This document shows, in pieces, positions 55,359 to 63,978 of a DNA stretch of 64,000 bases (position 1 is the stretch's first letter; each line of letters starts with the position of its first letter). Origin of the DNA: a virus; the IMG/VR virus record IMGVR_UViG_3300050821_016647, positions 1 through 64,000 of that record. One strand, 5' to 3'. Below the pieces are notes generated by a model, which saw only the letters and a list, made by a program, of their open reading frames with translations, was not told where the DNA came from and did no database searches. The position numbers and the translations under genes were made by a program.

Positions 55359-57065
55359 TCAGCCCCAGAGCGGGCCGGACGGGACCGGGATTGTCGGCTT
55401 TTTCGGAGCCGGCGGCGGAACAGGAGCGGGTCTCGGAGGCGGCGCTGCTTGCACCGGCGCTGCTTGCGGAGGAGGAGGCTGCGGAGCTTGCGGAGGCTGC
55501 GGCTGCGGAGGAAGCACCGGAACCTGAGGGTTCTGCGCGCGCGACACCGCGTTGGCAAGTTCGATTCTCTGCTTCACCGCGTTGTTGGTCAGTGCCGCCT
55601 GATGGTCGACGATCTTTCGGTACTGGTCGACGCCCTTGGTCACGAACTCGGAAATTTTCGGAAGTGCCCCCACGAGCGTCGGCGCCCATGCGACCTTTCC
55701 CGTCGCGCGATCGAGCGCCATGGAGATACCACCCACGTCCTGAGTTAGCATTGCCGGTGGCACCTGCGGCACATCCTGAGGCCCATCGTCGATCTCATCA
55801 TCGACTGTCGCTGGCTGCGGAGCGAAGCCTGCGAACATGTCCTGCACAGTCTTCATCCCGGACATGGCCTCTTGAAGCATCGAAACCGTGCCCTTGATCT
55901 GCGCTCCGAACGACGGTTGCGGAGCCGGCGGCGGAGCCTGAACGATGACCTGCGCGGGCTGCGCAGGCGCGGCCGGCGCCGCAACGGCAACAGGCACTTG
56001 CCCCACTCCGACAGGACCGACAGGATACGCAGCCATCGGCGGTGCCGGCATCATGCCTCCAGGCACACGCACGTAACCGGGTGGGACGGGATACTGCTCA
56101 GACGGAAGAGAGATGAAACCCGCCGGAGGCTGTGGCTTCTTCATCTCGGCGACCATTTCCTTGAGCGTCGCCATCGTTGCGGCGTTCTGCGCCTGCATCA
56201 TCTCGAACAGCGCACGATTCGCGTCGAACCCGCCGGAGGCGGGTGCGGGCGGGGGCGGCATGTAAATGGGCTGCGGAGCCGGTACGGGTGCAGGAGATTG
56301 CGGCGGAGCTGCCTGCTGCTGCTGCGGCTGCTGCGGAGGAGACACCACGATGACCTGCGGTGACTGCTGCTGCGGTTGAGGCTGTTGTGGCCACGGGTAC
56401 CCAGGAGAAGCGGGCCAACCCTGACCTCCTCCGCTACCTCCACCGGCACCTCCTCCAGGATACGCGTACTGAGGTTGCTGCGGTTGCTGTTGCTGTTGCT
56501 GAGGTGCCGGAGGATTGATCACTTGCACGGGAGACGGCGCGGTTTTATCCGGCATGAACAACTTTGCCGTACCGCGTTCCGCACCTGAGCTCGATCGGAA
56601 CGAGATCTTGTATGTCGCCGGACCGCTCATGCCATGTTGACTGGCAACGTAGTTGTACAGATCGATCGAGTTCCTGACGTTCGCACCGAGCACCGGTTGA
56701 AATTGCGCTCTCGGTCCAGGGTCCTCTCGAGAGACCAGAATGATCATCGATCCCCATTCCTGAGAGAACGGGATGATGAGATTGTCGATGAGCTCGAGAG
56801 CTTCCTCGGCATTCCAAGAAACGCTTTTGCCGAGTGCTTTGTCCCGGAGCTTGGCTGCGTTACGCTTGTTCTTTCGCGCGGAGTCCACAGTCAAAGCTCC
56901 TATCGCACGAGCTTGTTCCTCGGAAACTTCCCCTTCCATGGTGGGGGTCCCGTCCGGGTTCGTGGGAACCGCGGCCGGCAGCGTAACCCGGGTCACGTCG
57001 CTCATGTCGACGTCGGCGTCTTCGGGGGTCACTTCGGAACGTCGAGCTACTCGGTGACGAGCCAT
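55359..57065 (-). CDS. large Pro/Gln-rich protein (possible scaffold)
   Basis: Globular N-terminal ~170 aa, long PQQQ/PAP tracts, two helical islands. Confidence 0.7.
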   Translation of the reverse strand: MARHRVARRSEVTPEDADVDMSDVTRVTLPAAVPTNPDGTPTMEGEVSEEQARAIGALTVDSARKNKRNAAKLRDKALGKSVSWNAEEALELIDNLIIPFSQEWGSMIILVSREDPGPRAQFQPVLGANVRNSIDLYNYVASQHGMSGPATYKISFRSSSGAERGTAKLFMPDKTAPSPVQVINPPAPQQQQQQPQQPQYAYPGGGAGGGSGGGQGWPASPGYPWPQQPQPQQQSPQVIVVSPPQQPQQQQAAPPQSPAPVPAPQPIYMPPPPAPASGGFDANRALFEMMQAQNAATMATLKEMVAEMKKPQPPAGFISLPSEQYPVPPGYVRVPGGMMPAPPMAAYPVGPVGVGQVPVAVAAPAAPAQPAQVIVQAPPPAPQPSFGAQIKGTVSMLQEAMSGMKTVQDMFAGFAPQPATVDDEIDDGPQDVPQVPPAMLTQDVGGISMALDRATGKVAWAPTLVGALPKISEFVTKGVDQYRKIVDHQAALTNNAVKQRIELANAVSRAQNPQVPVLPPQPQPPQAPQPPPPQAAPVQAAPPPRPAPVPPPAPKKPTIPVPSGPLWG

Positions 57066-57086
57066 GGTGTTCTCCTACTTCCTCGT

Positions 57087-57410
57087 TCAGGCGATAGCGA
57101 CCGGATCAGCGACGATCTTGCACATCAATCCGGCCGCAAGCTGGTGTGTATAAAGGTCCCTGAAAGGAGCGGCCTGATCCGTTCCCGCCGGGAAGTTCGC
57201 GATGTAGGCGGCCGTGTTGATGTCGAAGACGAGCGTCCGTGTTGCCGTGGCACCACCAAGCGAGGTCGTGTCCGAGGTCAACGTACATCCCGTGATCGTC
57301 TGGATCGGCGCTGGGTCGAGTACGACAGCCGTCATCGCTGCCTCGAGCTCGTCAGGAGTGACAGGACCCTGCGCCGTCGCGTGATAGACGAGGGTCGCGG
57401 TAAGGCTCAC
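57087..57410 (-). CDS. small hypothetical protein
   Basis: 107-aa Thr/Ala-rich coupled ORF. Confidence 0.6.
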   Translation of the reverse strand: MSLTATLVYHATAQGPVTPDELEAAMTAVVLDPAPIQTITGCTLTSDTTSLGGATATRTLVFDINTAAYIANFPAGTDQAAPFRDLYTHQLAAGLMCKIVADPVAIA

Positions 57411-57922
57411 GACTGCCCCGCCGTCGGCGCGCCATTCGCCGCTGGAGACGTGCCAGTGTCCGGCTCGAGATCATCGTCGTCGTCGTCATCATCGTCGTCG
57501 GGCGTGTTGGCTTCTTCCAACATCGCCTGCCAAACGTTGAACTTCGCGATAGTCAGCGTCCGCTGAACGGTGTGAGGGTAGTGCGTGATGATCACCGCGG
57601 TCTGCTGGCGTTCGAACTCGCTACCTGGAACAGGGACAGCATAGACGTCGACAGACGCGTCCTCGTTCGGGATCATGTCGACGATTCGAAGCGCCTGATG
57701 CCCCGCCGTCCCCTCGATCTCCTTGCCGTACGTGGCTGGGTTGTTCGGGTCCGTTCCACGGCTCAGTGTGGTCTCCGACCCGGGTACGAATCCACCGAGC
57801 TGCCACATCTCGCCGTTGACGAGCGCAACAGTAAAGAGCTTCGGTGGCGGGCTCATCGGGTCGGGCTGAGCTCCTGCCTGAGTAGGCTGACCGTTGGGCT
57901 GCTGAACGATGGGTTGGGTCAT
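57407..57922 (-). CDS. hypothetical protein with poly-Asp tail
   Basis: DDDDDDDDDD near the C-terminus; coupled. Confidence 0.65.
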   Translation of the reverse strand: MTQPIVQQPNGQPTQAGAQPDPMSPPPKLFTVALVNGEMWQLGGFVPGSETTLSRGTDPNNPATYGKEIEGTAGHQALRIVDMIPNEDASVDVYAVPVPGSEFERQQTAVIITHYPHTVQRTLTIAKFNVWQAMLEEANTPDDDDDDDDDDLEPDTGTSPAANGAPTAGQS

Positions 57923-58173
57923 GAACGTGCTCCTTTGACCGGCTTGTCGCCGACGAAATCTTCGCGTTTGTACACTCGACCGCCAACGGCGGTGAAGATG
58001 TTTTGCATGAACGTCAGACCTTGCTGGCTAACAGCGAAGTCGGCCAGCGCTTCGCCGATGTTGTGCGAGAGCGTGAGAGACGCTCTCAAGTCACCCGCTG
58101 GAAGAATCTCCAGCGCCGCCGAGACGAGCTCTTTGGACTGAGCAGTACATTGCTGACGAGCTCGCTTCTTCAT
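57919..58173 (-). CDS. hypothetical protein
   Basis: MKKRARQQC...; start uncertain. Confidence 0.5.
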   Translation of the reverse strand: MKKRARQQCTAQSKELVSAALEILPAGDLRASLTLSHNIGEALADFAVSQQGLTFMQNIFTAVGGRVYKREDFVGDKPVKGARS

Positions 58174-58181
58174 CGACTCTC

Positions 58182-59255
58182 CTATCGTTTCTTCTGCTTG
58201 TATCCGCGCAGCTTCAACTTGCCGGCTTCTGCGAAGCTGTAGAACTTCGTCTTGGTGCAAATAATCACGTGATCCATCAGCTCCAAGTTGACAGTCTGGG
58301 ACGCGTCCCGAATCGTCTCGGTCAGGAGCTTGTCCGAGTCCGATGGTTTACACACCGTCGAGGGGTGATTGTGCACTACGATAATCGCTGAAGCGCCTTC
58401 GACGACAGCGATACGTAGAACGTCCGGCACGGGTACATCCACTTTATCGCGAGCGCCGCGAGCGATCTCACTGATCCCGCGGACCATGAGCTGCGAGTCA
58501 ATGAGAATCGCAAGGAAGACCTCCTGGTCCTGCGACATCATGTACTCGCCAACCAACTTGCAGACACTCTTCGGCCCCGTCATCGGACCGATAGCCTTCG
58601 CCGCCGCGAGACACGAGCGAAACCGCTCGGGATCTCGAGCGATACGCACCCACGGCAAGCATTGAGGAGTCCTCGACGCATACGCACCGGTGAGCTCCTT
58701 CGAAAACGGCGTCTCAATGGACTCCTTGATCGCGTACCCTCCCCCCTCACTCGCTGCGAACCGATCGAACACGACCGCGTTGGGTGTCCCCGCTCCTTCA
58801 CACGCGGGTCCGCAGCACGCGACCTGATCCCCGCCGGGCTCCGCTACGGCAAAGAGCGGCTCGCTCGCCGTGTTACCAGTCAGGAGTCGTCCGCGACCTG
58901 CAAACGCGACCTCGGTCCGTTGCGTACCCACGACCGCGACGTCGACAGCGACCTTGCCGTCACAGCCGCAGCCTGGCTTCTTCCCGCCCGAGAACGCCTG
59001 CTCGAGGTTCCCCGCCGCCTCTATAGAGGAGAGCGGCACCGGCCGACCGTACGTCTGCTCGTCGACCGCAAGGCCGCTGAGCTCGTCGGCTTGGTCCGAC
59101 GCGACCCAGCGCTTGGCCTGATCGAACGGCACGCCAACCAGGACCGCTTGGCCGCCGAGGTTCGAAAGAATCCAGGCTCGAGACGTCCCGTCTTTCAAGG
59201 TGAAGACGAGCTGGAGGCGGACAGAATATCCGGGCGTGTTTTCGGAGTGGTTCAT
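58182..59255 (-). CDS. radC: RadC-like JAB/MPN domain protein with long N-terminal extension
   Basis: QEVFLAIL...VHNHPS...PSDSD...LELMDHVII. Confidence 0.85.
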   Translation of the reverse strand: MNHSENTPGYSVRLQLVFTLKDGTSRAWILSNLGGQAVLVGVPFDQAKRWVASDQADELSGLAVDEQTYGRPVPLSSIEAAGNLEQAFSGGKKPGCGCDGKVAVDVAVVGTQRTEVAFAGRGRLLTGNTASEPLFAVAEPGGDQVACCGPACEGAGTPNAVVFDRFAASEGGGYAIKESIETPFSKELTGAYASRTPQCLPWVRIARDPERFRSCLAAAKAIGPMTGPKSVCKLVGEYMMSQDQEVFLAILIDSQLMVRGISEIARGARDKVDVPVPDVLRIAVVEGASAIIVVHNHPSTVCKPSDSDKLLTETIRDASQTVNLELMDHVIICTKTKFYSFAEAGKLKLRGYKQKKR

Positions 59256-59296
59256 GTCCGCCAGCTTACCCCAGTCCGCGTTCCTGGTCCTCGCCC

Positions 59297-59743
59297 CTAG
59301 TCCGCCGCCGTCATGGCTTCGACGATCGACTTGCCGTCTGCCTCGCCGGTGACAGTCACGCCGCCTCGAGAGGTCACACCGACCGCCGAGTTGGGCGCGT
59401 CGTTCGGGACGAGGCGACCGCAGACGGCCGAACCGTTCTGCGTAACGCGCACCCAGACGCCGTATCCGGTCTCGCCGCCGCGCTCGATCGAGATGATGTC
59501 GCCTTCCTTGAAGCCGACGACGTCCGGGCCGACGCTCATGACGATGTAGCAGGCGTCTTTGGTCTTGTTACCGGGAAGCGCCAGAATCGACTTGTTCGGC
59601 TCGTACGCCGCCTTCTTGCAGAAGAGGAACCCCGGGCCCGCCTGCCACTTGTAGTTGCCCGCCGTCAGGCGGGGGTCCTTCTCCGGCTCGTACGTCCTCA
59701 CGTCGGTCACCGGTGACGTTGTTTTCAAGTCGTCCGTTCCCAT
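59297..59743 (-). CDS. GroES-like co-chaperonin candidate
   Basis: SILALPGNKTKDACYIVMSVGPDVVGFKEGDIISI resembles the GroES mobile loop + VAVGPG...VKVGD; SD GAGGAG. Confidence 0.5.
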   Translation of the reverse strand: MGTDDLKTTSPVTDVRTYEPEKDPRLTAGNYKWQAGPGFLFCKKAAYEPNKSILALPGNKTKDACYIVMSVGPDVVGFKEGDIISIERGGETGYGVWVRVTQNGSAVCGRLVPNDAPNSAVGVTSRGGVTVTGEADGKSIVEAMTAAD

Positions 59744-59936
59744 CGCTCGTCTCCTCTGGCAGTTCTTCGTGTAGCAATCGGTCGTAAAGTCGCTTCGTGA
59801 TGACGTCGAGCTCGATAGCGAGCCAGGCTCGCTCCTTCTCGTCCGCCTTCCCCTTCCATGCATCTTTGAGCGCGGCGTGCCGCAACCTGACAACGTTCTG
59901 TAAGACTCGCAAGTGCTGGATCAGCGCTGGACTCAT
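59568..59936 (-). CDS. hypothetical helical protein
   Basis: Plausible first ~65 aa; long overlap with the GroES-like gene makes the C-terminus uncertain. Confidence 0.4.
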   Translation of the reverse strand: MSPALIQHLRVLQNVVRLRHAALKDAWKGKADEKERAWLAIELDVITKRLYDRLLHEELPEETSDGNGRLENNVTGDRREDVRAGEGPPPDGGQLQVAGGPGVPLLQEGGVRAEQVDSGASR

Positions 59937-60135
59937 TTTTCCTCTTCAGTCGATGGCGGCGCCCACTCGGTCCACCACGGCGCCATGATGACAAGATGAA
60001 CAGTCCCTCGCCGACACTGCACGAGAGCTGAAGCCCGAGATGGACGTCGCCATCGACCGAACGAAGCGCGCCCCCGCTGGGAGGTTCAATTCCGACGGGG
60101 GCACACGCTCTTGTAATACGAAAGTGTGCGGGCCG

Positions 60136-60411
60136 TCAACGGCGAGCGCGAGCGCGCTTCGGAGGCACTTCTTCCTCCTCTTCCTCGTCGTCTTCCTCTT
60201 CCTCTTCCTCGTCCTCTGGGCGCTCGTAGCCAGGCTCGAACCGTTCGAGGTACTCCTCGATCATCTCGTCGGCGAGCGCGACCGCATCATCGAGAACGAC
60301 TTCGAACTTCTTCTTGGGGTTGCCGCCGAGACCGGAGAGCGCCGCAGACGCGAACGCGAGCCACGCTTGACGTTCTTCGAGTTCACTGATGATGCCACCG
60401 AGCTTACTCAT
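60136..60411 (-). CDS. small acidic protein with poly-Glu tail
   Basis: ATGA-coupled MSKLGG...EDEEEEEEDDEEEEEE. Confidence 0.65.
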   Translation of the reverse strand: MSKLGGIISELEERQAWLAFASAALSGLGGNPKKKFEVVLDDAVALADEMIEEYLERFEPGYERPEDEEEEEEDDEEEEEEVPPKRARARR

Positions 60412-61289
60412 GACTCCACCATCCACGGTTGAGGAAATAGGTTAGGTGATTGTTCGACCGCGACTTTTCGGAGCTTTCGAGCGAAACGTTGAATCTCGAG
60501 ATCCGCGGCGTTGTTCGCACGCTCCCTTACCAGCTTTGCGATGGCTGCGGGATTGGTAGTCCAAATGAAGCTCGTCTCAGCCTGGTGTGGCAGGAAGCTC
60601 GAGGCAGCTTCGTAGATGCGCTTCTTGTCGAGGCTGGTTGGCTTCTTGCCGTGTGCGATCTCGAATGCGTCGCATTCGCGTGAGACCGCGCCGAGGTAGT
60701 TGGCGTACGCCGACTGCATCGACTCTTTGAAATGCGTTTGCATACGAAGACGATGTGTCTCGTCCGCGTACTCGAACTCGAGACTGGAATACTTCGGTGG
60801 CTCGATGAAGAAACCGTAGTGATGAGTAAAGCGCGTTGACTCCTGCGACGGAGCGCCCTCCTCATCACGGTCGGCACCGACATAGTTGCGGATGATCTCG
60901 TGGCTCACGCGTCGAGAAACGCCCGCAAAGAAGAACGTCATCTTCGCGTGGTAGAGGATGCTGGCGTGCGGGATGTCGCCCTGCTGTGTGTTCTTGATGT
61001 ACTCGGCGTTCGTCTTCTTGCCGGCCTTGAGACCGAACGAGTCGTAGCACTTTCGACCAGCGAGCTCGACGAGCAGCTCGTTGTCCGATAGTCGACGCCC
61101 GTTCTCCATGAACGGATGAGGGAAGAGAGATTCCCAATTACGATTCGGCTCATCAGGCAAGCACTCGGGTCGATGCTTCTCAACCCAGTTCATCATCTCG
61201 GTAATTCCGGACGGAGTGAGCTCCATGGCCGCGATGAGCAAAACCGTCGGGTCGTCCGTGAGAATGGTGACTTTCTTTCCGGTATCCAT
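60408..61289 (-). CDS. thyX: flavin-dependent thymidylate synthase (atypical motif)
   Basis: ELAGRKCYDS, HASILYH, GVSRRVSHEIIR...SQESTRF, RANNAADLEI; TGATG-coupled start. Confidence 0.8.
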   Translation of the reverse strand: MDTGKKVTILTDDPTVLLIAAMELTPSGITEMMNWVEKHRPECLPDEPNRNWESLFPHPFMENGRRLSDNELLVELAGRKCYDSFGLKAGKKTNAEYIKNTQQGDIPHASILYHAKMTFFFAGVSRRVSHEIIRNYVGADRDEEGAPSQESTRFTHHYGFFIEPPKYSSLEFEYADETHRLRMQTHFKESMQSAYANYLGAVSRECDAFEIAHGKKPTSLDKKRIYEAASSFLPHQAETSFIWTTNPAAIAKLVRERANNAADLEIQRFARKLRKVAVEQSPNLFPQPWMVES

Positions 61290-62410
61290 CAGAACGTGAA
61301 CCTCGACTTCGCCGCCTCTACTGGAGCGGGCGCGGGTGGGGCGAGCGGTGGCGCTGGTAGCGTCGCAGCTGCCTCGCTCGCAGCCTGCAAAAACTCCGGC
61401 TTGTCGTGCTCCGGGTGCATGGCCCACGCGCGAGCGAGGTCGATCTGCATGCTCGTCCATCCCGTGACGGTAACGAGATTCAGCGCGATACCGAGCTTGC
61501 TCAGCTCTGTGACGAGCTGCGACAGGTTCTCCCTCGCTGCGGCTGGATTCTCTTTCGAGACAGCCTTCGTCCCGTTCGAACCTTCGCGCGACGCTTTCAA
61601 CCGCGCAAGCTCATCGGTCGACGTGTCTGGAGCTCGCCCGAGCGCTTCATCGCGCTGCGCTTTGTTCTCCGGCGTCTCGGCGACGGTTCCGTTGGCCGTC
61701 CCGTTCGCTGCTGCCGCTGCCGCCGCAGCTTCCGCCTCGAGCGTCCTCTTGTTCTTCGCGCCCCTCGGTCGTCCCTTCCCTCTTTTTCCGCCTTCGGCTG
61801 ATCCGCCGATGTTGACCGACCAGCAGTTACCGCACTTCTGGCAAGCGACTTCGTGCTGTCCCGGGTTGTTGTCGGGAGGGTCCATCTTCCAGTTTTCGGG
61901 CGGGCACGTGCACGGCTTGAACTTGCCTTCGTTCGCCGCCTCACTGCAAAGCTTCCCTTCTCCCGTGTGTCGATGCGCGGTCTCTCCCGAATACTCGACA
62001 CCTGCATCGCACGCTGCGCAGCCTCCAGCTGGTCTTGGCTCGCTGGGGGCTGGCGGCGGGACTACGACAGGCGGAGCAGCCGGTGGCTCTTGGATGGCAC
62101 GACCATTCGAGACGGGCACTACCACCACGCCACCACCATGGCTCGATCCGACAGTGACGCTCGGAGCTGATGTTGGAGCGATCATGGTCGCGCCCGGGTT
62201 CGCCTTCAGGAAGGCCGCGTTGTCGGCCATGATCTTTTCTCCCTTCTCTTCGATCTCGGCAGCGAGACCTTTCAGGAGAAGAACAACGCACTTGATCGAG
62301 CACGCATCCGCACGAACGGTCTCTCCCCATCCTCCTGCGACGGTGACGCCGCCATTGAAATCGTCGACCAGGTGCTGACACACGTCACACGTCACTACGA
62401 GCTTTCTCAT
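61289..62410 (-). CDS. multi-Zn-finger protein
   Basis: CDVC...CSIKC, CAAC...H...C, CTC...CQKCG; AT-hook-like GRPRG. Confidence 0.65.
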   Translation of the reverse strand: MRKLVVTCDVCQHLVDDFNGGVTVAGGWGETVRADACSIKCVVLLLKGLAAEIEEKGEKIMADNAAFLKANPGATMIAPTSAPSVTVGSSHGGGVVVVPVSNGRAIQEPPAAPPVVVPPPAPSEPRPAGGCAACDAGVEYSGETAHRHTGEGKLCSEAANEGKFKPCTCPPENWKMDPPDNNPGQHEVACQKCGNCWSVNIGGSAEGGKRGKGRPRGAKNKRTLEAEAAAAAAAANGTANGTVAETPENKAQRDEALGRAPDTSTDELARLKASREGSNGTKAVSKENPAAARENLSQLVTELSKLGIALNLVTVTGWTSMQIDLARAWAMHPEHDKPEFLQAASEAAATLPAPPLAPPAPAPVEAAKSRFTF

Positions 62411-62613
62411 CGTTCAAATCCTCCCGCTTTGAGCGCGGCCTCGGCCAGCTCTCGCGTTTTGTAGTAGTTGCTTTCGCGCGAGTAAGGCCCGCACGAGCAG
62501 TATGTCCCGATGTAGTGGCCGGCCGGCGACCGGTACACATCGAGCTTCGGCGTCACGCCGCAGTCGCCACACGTAGCCGCAAAGCCCGTCGCGATGGTCT
62601 CTCCGGGAATCAT
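62407..62613 (-). CDS. conserved small phage protein
   Basis: RSPAGHYIGTYCSCGPYSRESNYY.TRE.AE.AL. Confidence 0.7.
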   Translation of the reverse strand: MIPGETIATGFAATCGDCGVTPKLDVYRSPAGHYIGTYCSCGPYSRESNYYKTRELAEAALKAGGFER

Positions 62614-62780
62614 CGACCGATCTTCGACTTCAGCTTCGCGCGCTCCCGGCGCAGGCGCTTCTTCGTGAGCCGCCGGTAATAGAGGTGCTCGTTGTACGGG
62701 CGGCCTCGAATCCAAACGCGAAATCCGCCTCGCCATTCGGCGCTCCCACGTGATTTGTTCGGCCTCGTTCCCGCAATCAT
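62610..62780 (-). CDS. small basic protein
   Basis: Translated by hand: MIAGTRPNKSRG...YYRRLTKKRLRRERAKLKSKIGR; ATGA coupling at both ends. Confidence 0.5.
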   Translation of the reverse strand: MIAGTRPNKSRGSAEWRGGFRVWIRGRPYNEHLYYRRLTKKRLRRERAKLKSKIGR

Positions 62781-63016
62781 AGACACCTCCTCATCACCTT
62801 CCCGAATACCCTCATCGCCGTCGATGGACGACTCTTGAGCGAGATCACTCGACGTAGCGTCTCGATATCCTCATCGAGACGCCGCGCGAGCTCTCCTATC
62901 GACATACTTCCGCGACCGTCGCAGCACGGGCACCGAACGGCTAGGTCATAGCCCTCACGAGAGCGTAGGACCCAGCCGAGGTTGCACAGCTCGCACTGAA
63001 ACGGTCGCGCGGTCAC
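62777..63016 (-). CDS. Zn-finger + HTH protein
   Basis: CELC...CPCCDGRG then MSIGELARRLDEDIETLRR; GTGA-coupled start. Confidence 0.6.
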   Translation of the reverse strand: MTARPFQCELCNLGWVLRSREGYDLAVRCPCCDGRGSMSIGELARRLDEDIETLRRVISLKSRPSTAMRVFGKVMRRCL

Positions 63017-63750
63017 GCCTCGGCGGAGGTTGCCGCCGAGGCCGCGCCGTTCGACTCGATGTGCTTGTCGAGGGCCGCGAGCGCCTTCTTCTTGCTCTTC
63101 TTCGGCGCCTTCGACTTCGCTGCACCGTTCGACTTGGCCTTCGCCTTGGCCGGCTTCGCTTTGGCCTTCGCGGGCTTTGCCTTCTTCGGCGCAGCCTTCG
63201 CCTTGGCCTTCGCCTTCGCGGGCTTCGACTTGGCCTTTGGCGCAGCCTTTTTCGCAGGCTTCGCAGCGCTCTTGACCGCGCCGACGGTGTACTCGGTCGC
63301 GCGCTTGTTGCCCTGCTTCTTGAGGCCGAGCTTGTCGAGCGCGTACTGGAGTGGCTTCATCCACTCGCGCTTGTCGATGGCGAGCGCAGCCCTGACGGCC
63401 TCGGCGCGCATGGGGACGCCTGCCTGCTTCACGTAAGCGACGATCTTGCCGGCCATCTCCACGATGTCCTCTTCGGATCGCCGCGCGAGTCGGCCTGACT
63501 TGGCCTTGGCTGGGCCCGGCGGGCGACCACGGCGGGGAGCGCCATTGGTAGCAGTCGCTGCGGTGAGCGACGTCGACTTGCCATACCGGTCGCCAATGAG
63601 GTCTTCGAGCGAACACTCGCGAATGGCGAGCATGACGCTCGCGGCGAACTCGGCTGAGGCTGCTGCGATCTTTTCACGAAGCTGTTCCATGAGTCTTCTC
63701 CTTTTTTGTGGGTCGGCCCCCGTCATAATAACGTGAACCTGGTTATGCAA
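63013..63750 (-). CDS. histone-like DNA-binding protein (myxobacterial type) with AKP-rich tail
   Basis: GRLARRSEEDI...MRAEAVRAAL...LKKQGNKRATEY; KPAKAKAK repeats; start uncertain. Confidence 0.75.
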   Translation of the reverse strand: MHNQVHVIMTGADPQKRRRLMEQLREKIAAASAEFAASVMLAIRECSLEDLIGDRYGKSTSLTAATATNGAPRRGRPPGPAKAKSGRLARRSEEDIVEMAGKIVAYVKQAGVPMRAEAVRAALAIDKREWMKPLQYALDKLGLKKQGNKRATEYTVGAVKSAAKPAKKAAPKAKSKPAKAKAKAKAAPKKAKPAKAKAKPAKAKAKSNGAAKSKAPKKSKKKALAALDKHIESNGAASAATSAEA

Positions 63751-63762
63751 GAGCTGAAGTGA

Positions 63763-63978
63763 TTATTTCCAGATAACCGGGCGATTTGTTTCCCGATCGA
63801 ACCTCCAAACCTGATTACGATCTCCGTACTTCGGAAATCCGACGAATCCAGGTTGGCCGCGCCAGACCCAGACCATGTCGCGGTGTTGCAGCTCGGCAAT
63901 CACGGAGCGTCCCTGACTCTCTTCGAGATCAAAGAGCTTCGTGAGCTCATTGAGCAGATGGGCAAAGTGGATGTCCAC
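63763..63978 (-). CDS. small hypothetical protein
   Basis: 71-aa ORF in the minus-strand run. Confidence 0.5.
   Translation of the reverse strand: MDIHFAHLLNELTKLFDLEESQGRSVIAELQHRDMVWVWRGQPGFVGFPKYGDRNQVWRFDRETNRPVIWK

Noticed and set aside
60070-60102. tRNA-like GGTTCAATTCC...GGGGGCA segment
   Set aside because: The T-stem does not pair (GGAGG versus CCGAC) and no D or anticodon arms are present; it is a simple GCCCCCG/CGGGGGC hairpin.
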